Shown piece after piece: positions 24,911-35,128 of a stretch of DNA of 52,688 bases. Positions within the stretch are counted from its first letter, which is position 1. The number at the start of each line of letters is the position of its first letter. The stretch lies in the IMG/VR virus record IMGVR_UViG_3300042892_001926, positions 1-52,688 of that record; one strand, given 5' to 3'. Position numbers and translations under genes: made by a program. Below the pieces are notes generated by a model. That model did not search any database. It was not told where the DNA came from and saw only the letters and a program-made list of their open reading frames with translations. Origin of the DNA: a virus (lineage: Duplodnaviria > Caudoviricetes).

Positions 24911-27258
24911 AATTTACATGCCTCGCAATCATCTTCCAATGGTTCGTAAATGATCACATTGTCTGCGGTGATGATTCCGGTGCTGTGACCGTTGACTGTA
25001 ATTTCGTTGGTACCTGTTACAGAGTTCTTTGCACCTACTTTGTTGATCAAACTGTAGTACACAGTTTTCAATCCCCATTTATAAGCCAACATTAGATTCT
25101 TGGCAATCAGTGTGCCCGGAACCTTGCTGTTTGCAAAATATGCAGGATTGTAAAATGTGTTTGTACTCAAACTTTGATCAATGTAGACTGCAAGCACTGC
25201 ACTGGTCTTCAAGTACTCAACACAATCCTTTTGATCCCACATCAACTGATAACGATTCTTTAGTCGTTTGTACTCTGGTACTACCTGTACAAACGATCCA
25301 GCCTTTGATTCCTTAACAGAAATCAATTCCATCGGCATTTCAATTCCGTTGGTGGAGTTTAAAACAACTGAGCTGGACTCAACCGGTGCCACGGCCATCA
25401 AGGTAGCATTACGAATACCATACTGTTTCATACGAGCACGTAATGGTTCCCAATCCATGCTGGGGGCAAAGTCCGTGAGTTCATTAACACCTGCTGCTCT
25501 ACGTTCCCAAGGAAATACGCCCTTGCCATAATACGTGTGTTCACTGCGTTTGCAGGCACCACGCTCTTGTGCCAGTTCTACACTGGTTTCGGTTAAGTAA
25601 TAGGCCTGATGTTCCATCCATCGTTTGACTTCAGCCAATGCTTCAGGTGTGCCATACTTGAAACTTTTCTTGGCGTGCCAGTAAGCTAAATTGGTAATGC
25701 CAACGCCCAACGGTTCAAAGTCTTCGTTGGCTAACTTGCTCTGAATACTTAGGAAGTCCTGATAACTCAATAGATTACTAAGCGACCGAACCAGCACACG
25801 ACAGGCTTTTCTCATTTCTTGTGGGTTACGGAACGCTCCCCAGTTGATTGACCCAAGAGTGCAAAGAGCAATTCTACCCTCTGGATCCTCAATGCGTTGG
25901 AACGGTCGAGTAGGCAAAAGAATTTCTTGGCACAAGTTTGATTGATAGATTGGATCAACTTTTGTATCAAACGGCCCTTGGTTAATGACGTTGTCAATGT
26001 TGACAAGATATATACGCCCAGTGTCTGTACGCTCTTTAAGAATTCCATTTTTGAACATTTCATCTGCTGACAGGCTTTTCTTTTTAATTGTTGGATGCTT
26101 TTCATAGTTCAGATATAACTTCTCAAACTCTGCACTATCTCTGTAGTATGCTTCATATAAATCTGGAACTTCTGCAGGATTGAACAAGGTAATGTTTTCA
26201 CCTCGCTTGTAGCGATTCCAAAACATTTTGTTAACAACCACGCTGTAATCCATCTGACGCACACGATTTTCTTCTGTGCCTTGATTGTTTTTTAACACAA
26301 TCAAATCTTCAAACTGTGCATGCCAGATAGGGAAAGTCACTGTACACGATGCATTACGAATGCCACCTTGGCTGCAACTACGCAAATCTGCAAACCATTT
26401 TTTCATAAACGGTATCAAACCCGTGTGTTTGATTTCACCGTTGCGAATTGGGGCACCTAAGGGTCGAATACGACCAATTTCCAATCCAATTCCGGCTCGT
26501 TTTGAAGCATATTTGGCCATCATTTCGCCTGCTGCAAAAATACTGTCCAGTGTGTCGTCACTGCTGATAAGAACGCAACTGCTGAATTGTTTTGTTGTGG
26601 TTCCTAAGCCAGCAAGAACAGGCGTGGCCAGTGTAAAGTGCCCAGCACTGGCACATTCATAATATTCTTTGACCCACTTCAGCCTAGTTTCTTTGTTTTC
26701 ATTGTGAAATGCTGTTGCAGAAGCAATTGCATATCGTATCTGCGGAGTTTCAAAAATTTTGCCAGTTGCTCGATTTTGCACAAGATATTTTTCTGTCAGT
26801 TGTGCAATGGCTGCATAAGTGTATGTTTCATCTTTGTCATGATCAATAAACAAATCAATGATGTTCCATTCATCTTCGGTATACCAGTTTAATAATTCTG
26901 TGGTATACATTCCTGCTTCGATGTTGCGTTTTACAACATCATACAATTTTGGAGGTTCGTATTGTCCATACACTTCTTTGCGTAACATGCTGACTCGTTG
27001 TCGGCCTGCTACATACTGATAGTTGACATTGTTTATTTCTGGATTCTCAGTTTCGTCGATCAAGTCGACCATAGCTTTGAGCAACAACTCATCTATAGTC
27101 TCGGTGGTCATACCGTCGTGCAATTCAATCTGTGCTTTAATTTCCACCATGGATGGGCTCACACCATCAATACCTCTGCAAGCATGGGCAACTTGTCTCT
27201 GAATTTTAGAAATATCGAGAGGAACACGCTCCCCATTGCGCTTGACTACTGTTATCAT
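24907..27258 (-). CDS. nrdA: Ribonucleotide reductase class Ia alpha subunit with ATP cone
   Basis: VVKRNG ATP cone, SSC, SNLCQEI, YY, C-terminal CEAC. Confidence 0.97.
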   Translation of the reverse strand: MITVVKRNGERVPLDISKIQRQVAHACRGIDGVSPSMVEIKAQIELHDGMTTETIDELLLKAMVDLIDETENPEINNVNYQYVAGRQRVSMLRKEVYGQYEPPKLYDVVKRNIEAGMYTTELLNWYTEDEWNIIDLFIDHDKDETYTYAAIAQLTEKYLVQNRATGKIFETPQIRYAIASATAFHNENKETRLKWVKEYYECASAGHFTLATPVLAGLGTTTKQFSSCVLISSDDTLDSIFAAGEMMAKYASKRAGIGLEIGRIRPLGAPIRNGEIKHTGLIPFMKKWFADLRSCSQGGIRNASCTVTFPIWHAQFEDLIVLKNNQGTEENRVRQMDYSVVVNKMFWNRYKRGENITLFNPAEVPDLYEAYYRDSAEFEKLYLNYEKHPTIKKKSLSADEMFKNGILKERTDTGRIYLVNIDNVINQGPFDTKVDPIYQSNLCQEILLPTRPFQRIEDPEGRIALCTLGSINWGAFRNPQEMRKACRVLVRSLSNLLSYQDFLSIQSKLANEDFEPLGVGITNLAYWHAKKSFKYGTPEALAEVKRWMEHQAYYLTETSVELAQERGACKRSEHTYYGKGVFPWERRAAGVNELTDFAPSMDWEPLRARMKQYGIRNATLMAVAPVESSSVVLNSTNGIEMPMELISVKESKAGSFVQVVPEYKRLKNRYQLMWDQKDCVEYLKTSAVLAVYIDQSLSTNTFYNPAYFANSKVPGTLIAKNLMLAYKWGLKTVYYSLINKVGAKNSVTGTNEITVNGHSTGIITADNVIIYEPLEDDCEACKL

Positions 27259-27293
27259 ATTTTTTTACCTTTAATGTGTGCTGAGGAAGATAT

Positions 27294-27728
27294 TTACCAG
27301 GGGCTTGTTACTTCAACTTGATTTTCAACAAAAAACGAATCCGGTATATCCGACATCGGAACCGGACCATTATCGTTGTAGTTTATTGCCCAGGTATTGT
27401 CAACACACACTATGCTATAGTAACAGGTTTTTTGGTTATTAACAACAGTTTTAATTTCAATTTTTGCCTGTTTGAATTTTTTTGTGTATTTGAGAGACCA
27501 GGCAATCATCAAACTCTTGGTAAAATCATCATACTTGTTTCGAACTATGATTTCCCATGGTGTAGGCCACGAACTGACATGGTATTGATCTACATCCTTG
27601 TTATAGGGAACAAAAGGAGCATGTTTCCAAAACTCCCAAGTGTGCATCAACGGGTCATCCACTGTGTCTAATTCAACACGGTGGTTGGCCCAAGTTGACA
27701 GTCTGTCATCAACGGATTTTTCAAACAT
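27294..27728 (-). CDS. Hypothetical protein
   Basis: 144 aa, coupled to the upstream structural gene; WPTPWE motif. Confidence 0.7.
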   Translation of the reverse strand: MFEKSVDDRLSTWANHRVELDTVDDPLMHTWEFWKHAPFVPYNKDVDQYHVSSWPTPWEIIVRNKYDDFTKSLMIAWSLKYTKKFKQAKIEIKTVVNNQKTCYYSIVCVDNTWAINYNDNGPVPMSDIPDSFFVENQVEVTSPW

Positions 27729-29380
27729 TAGACGGTGATATCAACAGTGTATTCAAACATGCAGGCCGTAGAAGTATTAAGGCAAGTGATTGAAACGTAA
27801 TTTTTTGTTCCTACTCCAGCGTCATACGGAGACTTGCTGAGATCAGTAGAAAATACCAACGAACGAGATTCTCCAGCCACATTCTCAGAATAATTGTAGT
27901 AGTCACCAACAGATGCATATCCGTCCGGAGATATATTGACAGTCAGCTTGCCTTTTCTACTCATGTTTTCATTGTACAAACTGTAGTCTATTACCACCAA
28001 TTGATCAGTGTCAGTCAACGGAATTGACATCAATGGTACAATGTTATTAGGAAGAACCACTGCACTTCGTGTTCGGTTGTCAATAATCTTGGCATTCTTG
28101 TTGACCAATGCATTGAAATAGAATGCGCCTGACATAGGAACTTCTTTTCTGTTGAAGTAGTCGTTTAGAGAAACGTTGCCTTCAGTTTCAAATTTCAATA
28201 CTGGTTCACTTTGATACGTGACTCCTTCATCTGGAATAGCACTGCCATTTCCTATGTTGTAGTATGTGTTGTCAGAACTGATTACACCTGTTCTGTGGGA
28301 GTTCTCTGAAGTACGTATTGCTTGATTGGTAATGAACGAAAACTTGTTCTTGGAAACCAATGGGTTTGACACTATCTGTGTTGTGGTAGATGTGCTGGTG
28401 AATTGAATTCCGTACTGTAGATTTGTAAACAGGTTGTGCTCAAACACCGGACGACTTACCAAGCCTTCGGTTTGCACAGCACAACTCATGCTGTCAAACT
28501 GACAGTTGTCAATCAAGGTTTCGATGCTGACTGCTGTGCTTTCGTCTTCGCCAATGTTGCTACGTATGGCCACTGCGGTGCCGGTGTTGACCGCAGTTGA
28601 AAGATTTGCATTTTTTGTTGTGAATCGGATATTTTCAATCAACGGATTTTTGGTATTATCCAAAGATATCAATGCAGCATCGTTGCTACTGTTGCTGGCA
28701 TAGGCCAACGTCATGTTAGACAATCTTACGTTTTGAGAAACTTTAGAATTGTACTGCATACCAATTTCGTAATGCACGCCAAATCCGTCTACAGTTCTAA
28801 ACATGTTTTGTCCGGCGCTGTTCAATACCAGTGTGGTGATACCAGTACCTTCGCCAACCAGTGTTGCAAACGGAGGAAGGTCAATCACACCACTTATGAT
28901 AAATTCGCCTGCAGGCAGTCCTAGTGATCGTATAGTTTCAGATCCAAAATCGTCATTGAGATAAAGACTGTCAATTGCACGTTGCAACAACACAGTAATA
29001 TCACCATCAATTGGAGACTGTGTAAAATCGCCTAGACTCACAAAACTGTCAAGTTTTTTTGCAATAGTGGTAGTGGTGCTTGCAAATCCGCTTGAGATAC
29101 CATCTCCAAACGGCAATTCTGCTCGATATCTGTAGGTGCTGGTGCTGGCCGCAGATCCTGTTAGTCCAACGCCCAACAAATCAAAGATGTTATCTAGGTC
29201 CTTGTCCGTTAGTATCCTGCTGTTTTCGTTGCTGCCAGCGCCTTCGGAAATACTTTTACCAATGTAAAGATGTTGAGTGTCTTGTGCCCAGCCAAATTCT
29301 CCAGGATCCAGTTGTGGAACTCCTGTTACACCTTCTTGACCTCTACGTACTTGTATTTTTGCAATTTCTATCACAGCCAT
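27728..29380 (-). CDS. Virion structural protein with beta-helix (pectin-lyase-like) region
   Basis: KIQVRRG...PQLDPGEFGWAQD...LYIG fibre-type N-terminus; LPAGEF...LPP...GEG beta-helix start; late promoter. Confidence 0.7.
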   Translation of the reverse strand: MAVIEIAKIQVRRGQEGVTGVPQLDPGEFGWAQDTQHLYIGKSISEGAGSNENSRILTDKDLDNIFDLLGVGLTGSAASTSTYRYRAELPFGDGISSGFASTTTTIAKKLDSFVSLGDFTQSPIDGDITVLLQRAIDSLYLNDDFGSETIRSLGLPAGEFIISGVIDLPPFATLVGEGTGITTLVLNSAGQNMFRTVDGFGVHYEIGMQYNSKVSQNVRLSNMTLAYASNSSNDAALISLDNTKNPLIENIRFTTKNANLSTAVNTGTAVAIRSNIGEDESTAVSIETLIDNCQFDSMSCAVQTEGLVSRPVFEHNLFTNLQYGIQFTSTSTTTQIVSNPLVSKNKFSFITNQAIRTSENSHRTGVISSDNTYYNIGNGSAIPDEGVTYQSEPVLKFETEGNVSLNDYFNRKEVPMSGAFYFNALVNKNAKIIDNRTRSAVVLPNNIVPLMSIPLTDTDQLVVIDYSLYNENMSRKGKLTVNISPDGYASVGDYYNYSENVAGESRSLVFSTDLSKSPYDAGVGTKNYVSITCLNTSTACMFEYTVDITV

Positions 29381-29408
29381 AAGAATATCCTTGTATGGGA
29401 TATTTATC

Positions 29409-30134
29409 TTACTGTGTAAGCAATTGCTTCATGCCTTGCATGCCTGTGGTGTAATATTCTTCAACTTTTTTAAGCCACATGTCTTCGTACTGGTTGAAGT
29501 TGTCTTTGTTTAGATCAAACTGTTGATATTGCAGATCTCTACTGCACATGAAAATAACACCCCTGCGAATGTCAGTTTTATAAACTTCATTATGTGCTAG
29601 GATATAGGCCACCAACTGCACATAATAGTCTTCTACCCATTCTGCTTTCTTGGGCTTGTTGGTTTGTTTGTGATCCATCACTGCTGGTTCACCGTCATAC
29701 ACACCCACTAAGTCAGTGGTACCTGAATACAGTCCAGGAAAGTATAGACTCTGTTCCATTGCCCAAACTTCATTAACTTTGCTCAAACCATTTTCAATAA
29801 TGACATTGGCCATTTTGTTGGCTTGCACATGCACAGGGTTGTTGCCTGGTTGACGCTGTTCCCCAATAAGAAAACGTTCTAGGTTGGAGTGCATGGCAGT
29901 ACCTACACCTGCGGCTTCTTTGGTAATTTGTGCAGCGTTGGCTTCACCTACTCGTTTGCGCCATTCGATCAAATGTGTTTGATCTTTGGTAGCACTGAGG
30001 ATAGTGGTAACGCTAGGAAGTTTCTCACCGTCGGGAGTTTGGTATACACGTTTCCTGGTTACAGGATCGTTTATTTGCTGACAGTTTTTGTATTGGAATC
30101 GTTCAATGAACGGAGGAGGAGTATAAGTTTGCAT
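29409..30134 (-). CDS. PD-(D/E)XK exonuclease
   Basis: PSVTTIL, GT.MH, E..L, GTTD, DHK, QL.AY. Confidence 0.85.
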   Translation of the reverse strand: MQTYTPPPFIERFQYKNCQQINDPVTRKRVYQTPDGEKLPSVTTILSATKDQTHLIEWRKRVGEANAAQITKEAAGVGTAMHSNLERFLIGEQRQPGNNPVHVQANKMANVIIENGLSKVNEVWAMEQSLYFPGLYSGTTDLVGVYDGEPAVMDHKQTNKPKKAEWVEDYYVQLVAYILAHNEVYKTDIRRGVIFMCSRDLQYQQFDLNKDNFNQYEDMWLKKVEEYYTTGMQGMKQLLTQ

Positions 30135-30141
30135 TACTATA

Positions 30142-30170
30142 ATTATAGCATAACAAACTTATAAGGTCAA
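30142..30170 (-). promoter_or_regulatory. Sigma70-type promoter, likely leaderless exonuclease mRNA
   Basis: TTGACC-N17-TATAAT, 7 nt before ATG 30134. Confidence 0.7.
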
Positions 30171-30514
30171 ATCTTTGGAGATAAATTTTTGGAATTACTT
30201 GCGGCCATAGCATCAACACTAGGTCCTGTGGCTTTGCCAGGAGTAGTTGCTTGATCGTTTGCTGATTGTACTTGAGTGTTCAATGTGACATTGCCCTTTT
30301 CGTCAATGTCCTTGATCACATCTCCACTAGGATCTACAGAATTTTTCAACGCTATCAGGCCATCCGGTGTACTGATACCCAATCCAAATGGTCTCAACAT
30401 GTTCATGACCACTGGAAAAGGAATCTGGCTAGCCTTTTGATTTTTATTTGCCAGACCCTGCATGACTGCTAGAACATCTCTAGCAGATCCAAGGTCTACT
30501 TCAAATAATCTCAT
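30167..30514 (-). CDS. Hypothetical protein (possible head-internal)
   Basis: MRLFEV N-terminus. Confidence 0.7.
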   Translation of the reverse strand: MRLFEVDLGSARDVLAVMQGLANKNQKASQIPFPVVMNMLRPFGLGISTPDGLIALKNSVDPSGDVIKDIDEKGNVTLNTQVQSANDQATTPGKATGPSVDAMAASNSKNLSPKI

Positions 30515-31866
30515 TTTGCTAGTTTGGCCATAATGCTATGGCTTTCGGCTAACTTACGAGCACGGCGTTGTTCACGGCTTTCACGCATTGCACGACCTGA
30601 TGCTTCTGCACCGCCTGCTGCTGCATCGCTGGCAGCAAATTCATCACCACCTGCATTCATAGCATCTGGTCCTGCTGCATCCATGCCTGGCTCTGGAGGC
30701 ATAGCACCTGCCATTGGATCCATGCCCATTGGTGCTTCTGGGGCTGCTTCGCCTGCCAACACTGCAACTGCGCCGCTTACTGCTTCACGCTGTTGTGTCA
30801 ACACTTCTAGTGTTGCGCTCAGTGCCGGGCCAACGGATGCCTTGAATGCTTCTGCTTCTTGTGCTCCAAAATCTGCCTTGATAGCATCAGCCAATTCAAT
30901 CATTGTCTTGGTCTGATATTGACCAACACGTTGCATCCAACTTGTGAAGTCGTTGACCATGTCACCTGCGGCTGTGATAGCTTTGGCTTTGCCTTCTTCA
31001 TCTTCGTTGATCAAAAATGCTAGACTTTCATTCACAAAGCGAACATTGTGTTTGAATAGACTTTCTTTAACGTTCTTTTTATTGCCAAATGGATTTTTCT
31101 TTTTATCAGCAACTGCCTTTTTCATTGGCTCTTTTTTGTTGCCGTCTTTGTCCATGTCTAAGAAGTCTGGCTTCTTGCCTTCCATTGTAGCACATTCTTG
31201 GCAGTCGCAGCTCTTAGGATGCTTCATACCTTCTTTGACTTTGCTAGATTTCTTGTCACTGTCCGGAGTCTTAGGAGCATCTTTGCCACCATAGTTCTTA
31301 CCTGCGGTATGCTTTAGGCCTGTGGCAGTCTTAGTGATCTCGCCACCTGTACTAGACTTCTTCTTCTCGCCTGCTTTCATACTGGCTGTGCCAGCGGCTG
31401 CTTTCTTAGCATCGTCAACGGTTGGGAAACCTTCTTTGACTTTCTTATCAGCAACAGCCTTTTTCATAGGCTCTTTCTTATCACCATCTTTGTCCATGTC
31501 AAGGAAATCAGGCTTGCTGCCTTTTGCAGTAATTTTTGTTTTTGGTGGGCGTGTGCCTTTCTTGGCCTCGCTTAGTTGATCCATACGATCACGTAGTTTT
31601 TGCATTTGTTCGCCTAGCATTTCTTTAATCCTTGTGTTGAGCAATTCTAACATTGCTTTGTCTTTTTGGTATGACTCTTTTTTCAATAGTTCATTGAACT
31701 TTGATGCACCTTCATGTTGAAAAATACGAGTGCGCAACTTGTTACGCATATCTTCCAATTGCTCTCTGTTGTATTTTTCTAGATCAACGCCGACACCAAA
31801 CTGCTTGGTAAGGTTTTCCTGTAGTTTAGAACTAGTGATGTTGGTAGTAAAAATTGTGGATTGCAT
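30511..31866 (-). CDS. Charged head-associated/scaffold-like protein
   Basis: Lys-rich, two KPDFLDMDKDG.KKEPMKKAVADKK repeats, repeated VKE/LxE sites; TATAAATA upstream. Confidence 0.7.
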   Translation of the reverse strand: MQSTIFTTNITSSKLQENLTKQFGVGVDLEKYNREQLEDMRNKLRTRIFQHEGASKFNELLKKESYQKDKAMLELLNTRIKEMLGEQMQKLRDRMDQLSEAKKGTRPPKTKITAKGSKPDFLDMDKDGDKKEPMKKAVADKKVKEGFPTVDDAKKAAAGTASMKAGEKKKSSTGGEITKTATGLKHTAGKNYGGKDAPKTPDSDKKSSKVKEGMKHPKSCDCQECATMEGKKPDFLDMDKDGNKKEPMKKAVADKKKNPFGNKKNVKESLFKHNVRFVNESLAFLINEDEEGKAKAITAAGDMVNDFTSWMQRVGQYQTKTMIELADAIKADFGAQEAEAFKASVGPALSATLEVLTQQREAVSGAVAVLAGEAAPEAPMGMDPMAGAMPPEPGMDAAGPDAMNAGGDEFAASDAAAGGAEASGRAMRESREQRRARKLAESHSIMAKLAK

Positions 31867-31893
31867 GTAAGGTTCCAAAGTGATTAAAACTAT

Positions 31894-32358
31894 TTATACA
31901 AGTCTGATCAGTTTCTGATAACTTTGAATCAGGTCCTGTTTGTAATTTTCTTTCTTGGCACGAGCAATTAGACATTTTGTCATCATTAGATCAAAGTATT
32001 CTAGAGACTTTTTGTTGCTGCGTTCAACTGCTTGTTTGTGCAACAGTTCGTCAAACAATGCATAACCGTATCGCTGATCTGTTTCGATCAATTTGTCGTC
32101 TTTGAATTTTCCTAATGCAAAATTATTTGCAATTATTACAGCAGTTTGTGGCAAGTTGATACCAGATACTATTTCTTCATTGTGCTTGTCCAACACATTG
32201 TAATATCCATCTTTTTTGATGATCTTGAAAACTCCAATACTGACAGATCCGTCAGCATTTTCTGCAGGAATTACTATACCTTTGTTTTTTAGATTCTGTT
32301 TAACATTGTCAGAAAGTTTGACTATTTTGTTAAAGATATCACTTGGCATGTTTTTCAT
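31894..32358 (-). CDS. Hypothetical protein
   Basis: Long ORF in a coupled run; start uncertain. Confidence 0.7.
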   Translation of the reverse strand: MKNMPSDIFNKIVKLSDNVKQNLKNKGIVIPAENADGSVSIGVFKIIKKDGYYNVLDKHNEEIVSGINLPQTAVIIANNFALGKFKDDKLIETDQRYGYALFDELLHKQAVERSNKKSLEYFDLMMTKCLIARAKKENYKQDLIQSYQKLIRLV

Positions 32359-32548
32359 TAATTTTCTTTGATAAGGTAACATGATCTTTGCTCACATCAT
32401 AAATGCCCTTGCGCACAAGATTTTGTGCCAACCAGCTGTCGCGTTCATCAAGGCTAGTCAACTTGACAGAATCGTGTTTGTTTATAAAGCACTGTTCTTC
32501 GTTGTTGACAGGAATAGAAACTCCAGAGACCAATTGATGTATTTTCAT
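32339..32548 (-). CDS. Hypothetical protein
   Basis: 69 aa, coupled. Confidence 0.7.
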   Translation of the reverse strand: MKIHQLVSGVSIPVNNEEQCFINKHDSVKLTSLDERDSWLAQNLVRKGIYDVSKDHVTLSKKINEKHAK

Positions 32549-32889
32549 GGAGTTGTGGCCTGCATCTGTTGTTGCATCTGTTGTTGTTTCTGTTTGAGAC
32601 CCACAATCTGTGCAGCAATTTTGTCTAAATCTGTTATGGCTGTTTTAGATTGCTGTTGCATTTGTTGCATCTGTTGCGTCTGTGCTGGATCAGCAACTGG
32701 AGTAGGTGGAGTTGTTGCAGGAGCAGCAGGCGGTGTGGCAGTTGGTGGTGTCGGTGCTGTGGGATTTTGATTGCCCAGTGTTGGAGCAGCAGGATTGCCA
32801 GTGGTAGGCTGAGTTGGTGGCAAAGGTTTGCCCTGACCCGGTGGAACCGGGGCAATGGTCTGTTCTGAAACAAGTTCTATTATACGCAT
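32545..32889 (-). CDS. Pro/Gln-rich hypothetical protein
   Basis: MRIIELVSE N-terminus, low complexity. Confidence 0.7.
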   Translation of the reverse strand: MRIIELVSEQTIAPVPPGQGKPLPPTQPTTGNPAAPTLGNQNPTAPTPPTATPPAAPATTPPTPVADPAQTQQMQQMQQQSKTAITDLDKIAAQIVGLKQKQQQMQQQMQATTP

Positions 32890-32891
32890 GA

Positions 32892-33212
32892 TTATACGCC
32901 TAGAAATTTTAGTAGTGAAGCAGCACTGGGATTACCGATCCATCCTGCGCCTGCGACAAAGGCCATGCCCATCACAGCATAGGTGGTGTATCTTGTTTTG
33001 ATTTTTTCTAATTCTGAGATCTTTTTGGCCAATTGACTGTGTTGTTCACAACTTGCACTGTACATTTCATCCAATTTGGACAGTACTCCGTCACGAGTCT
33101 TATCCAAACAATCGTGCATGTCTTTGACATCAGTTTTGATGTCGTCCAATTTTTCATTTAAATTTTCAACTTTGGTTTCTACTACACCAAGTCTTTCTAC
33201 TGTTGTGGCCAT
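32892..33212 (-). CDS. Coiled-coil protein with C-terminal TM helix
   Basis: Heptad region plus hydrophobic tail; AAGGAG RBS. Confidence 0.7.
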   Translation of the reverse strand: MATTVERLGVVETKVENLNEKLDDIKTDVKDMHDCLDKTRDGVLSKLDEMYSASCEQHSQLAKKISELEKIKTRYTTYAVMGMAFVAGAGWIGNPSAASLLKFLGV

Positions 33213-33249
33213 CGAGGCTTCTCCTTATTGTATGCTGTCCGTCGTACTG

Positions 33250-33678
33250 TCAGATGGTGCCTTTGTGAGCCTTGATGATTGTGTTTTTAGTAGATATATT
33301 TTTGCAATCAAAGATTGCTGTGTCTATATTTACCGTTTCGGATAAATTTTTAATCACTGGTACCGAATCAACATCATCAATTAGGCTACCAATAACATTT
33401 CCATCTTCGCTGGTGTAAACTCCTGTTCGATCTGGAATAAATTTAAAAGTCCATACTGTGTGTGATCCTTGATATTTTTCTCCAAACCCTAATCCTTTGA
33501 GATTCTTTGTTTCCGCAATAGGAGGATTATCAAACGACACAATGCTGCGAATTTCCACACACTGTCTCAGTGTGACAAAATTTCTGTTTTGATCATACGC
33601 CAACGCACTGCCTTGATTGGGTCTGTTGACCCGGGTGTTGGTGATATCAACCAGTGTTTGAATCTCAATTATTTCCAT
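33250..33678 (-). CDS. Conserved phage hypothetical protein
   Basis: TLVDITNT...QNRNF; TAAATA upstream. Confidence 0.7.
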   Translation of the reverse strand: MEIIEIQTLVDITNTRVNRPNQGSALAYDQNRNFVTLRQCVEIRSIVSFDNPPIAETKNLKGLGFGEKYQGSHTVWTFKFIPDRTGVYTSEDGNVIGSLIDDVDSVPVIKNLSETVNIDTAIFDCKNISTKNTIIKAHKGTI

Positions 33679-33706
33679 AAAGTACCTATATAATATATTT
33701 ATGGTC

Positions 33707-33734
33707 AAAAGAAAAGGGACATAAAAATGTCCCT
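33707..33734 (-). terminator. Intrinsic terminator
   Basis: AGGGACAT/ATGTCCCT stem plus T-rich tail on the minus strand. Confidence 0.7.
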
Positions 33735-33755
33735 AGTCTTAAATCTTGCGAAAGA

Positions 33756-34157
33756 TTATAGTGCAAACAATGCTACTGTAGCACCAGTCAAGTCCTTGCT
33801 GTCAGAACCTGCTGTAGCACCTAGAGCAACAATAGCTGCTTGTAGTGCTAATGCTGTAGTTGCATAATCGGTTGGCTCGCCTTTACCTAGGCCGCTTGGG
33901 CTTAGGCTGTCGGTACCTGTGTCTTCGATAGCAATACGTAGACCTTGACCTGTACCGCCTGTGGCGTTTAGTGTACCGATCATTGCGATTGTAGCGAAGT
34001 TGGAGCAAGCCTGAACTGCTTGTTCAAATGCGCCATTGACAACACCAACGCTGGCTGTTAAGTCGACACCAAAATCAATTTGGAAGATAGTTAGCGTGCT
34101 TGGACGCTGACTTGGGGCGGCAACTGTGCCGTGAACTCGTGTAATACCTGCTGACAT
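33756..34157 (-). CDS. Small virion structural protein (decoration-like)
   Basis: Ala/Gly/Thr-rich, TRVHG N-terminus; own TAAATA promoter, AAGGAGA RBS and terminator. Confidence 0.65.
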   Translation of the reverse strand: MSAGITRVHGTVAAPSQRPSTLTIFQIDFGVDLTASVGVVNGAFEQAVQACSNFATIAMIGTLNATGGTGQGLRIAIEDTGTDSLSPSGLGKGEPTDYATTALALQAAIVALGATAGSDSKDLTGATVALFAL

Positions 34158-34250
34158 AATATTTCTCCTTATCGTATATGTCCACTCCGCTCCGGAGTGT
34201 TTTTGTAATAATATTTAGTCGATTTGGAAAAAATATGCTCAAATGGCCTA

Positions 34251-34550
34251 TTAATTGTCGTCTTTGAGATCGCCTTCAATTACAGTCAATCTACTAGAAA
34301 GATCCTTGTTGTCACGCAACTTGCGTATGCTGCGTACAAATTTGCTGGAATCACTGCCCTTGATGCTGTTGATCAGTCTGCGTTCTAGTTCATAAGCATC
34401 TTCAGGACTGTAATTTTCTTTAATCAGCCTGAGCAAATTGATAGCACTGTCAATAACATGCGTGGCTCTGGTTTCAATTATTGCCTCACTGTGTTTCTTT
34501 TCGGTGATTGAATTTAGTTCTTCCAAAAGACTGCGAGTTGCTCGTTTCAA
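34251..34550 (-). CDS. Conserved phage hypothetical protein
   Basis: TTG start after AAGGA; RSLLEEL...ELERRLINSIK. Confidence 0.7.
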   Translation of the reverse strand: MKRATRSLLEELNSITEKKHSEAIIETRATHVIDSAINLLRLIKENYSPEDAYELERRLINSIKGSDSSKFVRSIRKLRDNKDLSSRLTVIEGDLKDDN

Positions 34551-34726
34551 GATAGTATCCTTTTTGTTATTTAGCGATGGTTTAGTATAACAAATATTTT
34601 GCAAAAGTAAAAGTTAGTGTTTGCTCACTAAAGAAAAGTCTTTTGTTGCAGTGCAAGGTAGTGTATACTAAATACTCAGTAGAAACACTAATAACGTTTC
34701 TACTGATTTACACACAGGAAAAAAAT

Positions 34727-34903
34727 ATGAAATATATATCAAACAAAATGTTGTCTATCCTGGAACGCTTGGCAGAGATGTTTCCAGGTAGCAGTTATCA
34801 AAGCCGCTTGGATGCATATCTAAGCACCAAAGGCATTACCGATGCCGCACAGTTGGAAAACTACATCCGACAATTCAATTCTCAAAAGGAAACTTATCTA
34901 TGA
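34727..34903 (+). CDS. DUF3563-like small protein
   Basis: DAYLS....DAAQLENYIRQF pattern; CAGGA RBS. Confidence 0.6.
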   Translation: MKYISNKMLSILERLAEMFPGSSYQSRLDAYLSTKGITDAAQLENYIRQFNSQKETYL

Positions 34904-35022
34904 AAAACTTTTTAAACGCATTATACGAAATCGGCCTTAGCATTGGTCAGGCTCGTGCCGCAGCCGCTATGGCTCGTGCTGGCATGTATGCTGAAGCTAA
35001 AGAGCTAATGGTTAGCAAGTAA
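34900..35022 (+). CDS. Small Ala-rich protein (40 aa)
   Basis: MKNFLNALYEIGLSIGQARAAAAMARAGMYAEAKELMVSK*; ATGA overlap, AAGGA RBS. Confidence 0.65.
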   Translation: MKNFLNALYEIGLSIGQARAAAAMARAGMYAEAKELMVSK

Positions 35023-35128
35023 TATTGTATTTCGTCAGATCGCTTTACACAGCGTGACAAGATCTATATAATAAATACTTAGACAGTAGAAATACTGTTT
35101 ATACAAACATACACACAAGGAGAAAAAT

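Noticed and set aside
23616-27258. Intron, intein or homing endonuclease in nrdA/nrdB
   Set aside because: Both genes are uninterrupted and of normal length; the 65-aa spacer ORF has no endonuclease motif.
29409-30134. Cas4 / CRISPR locus
   Set aside because: It lacks the Fe-S cysteine set, and no repeat-spacer array or other cas genes are seen in the window.
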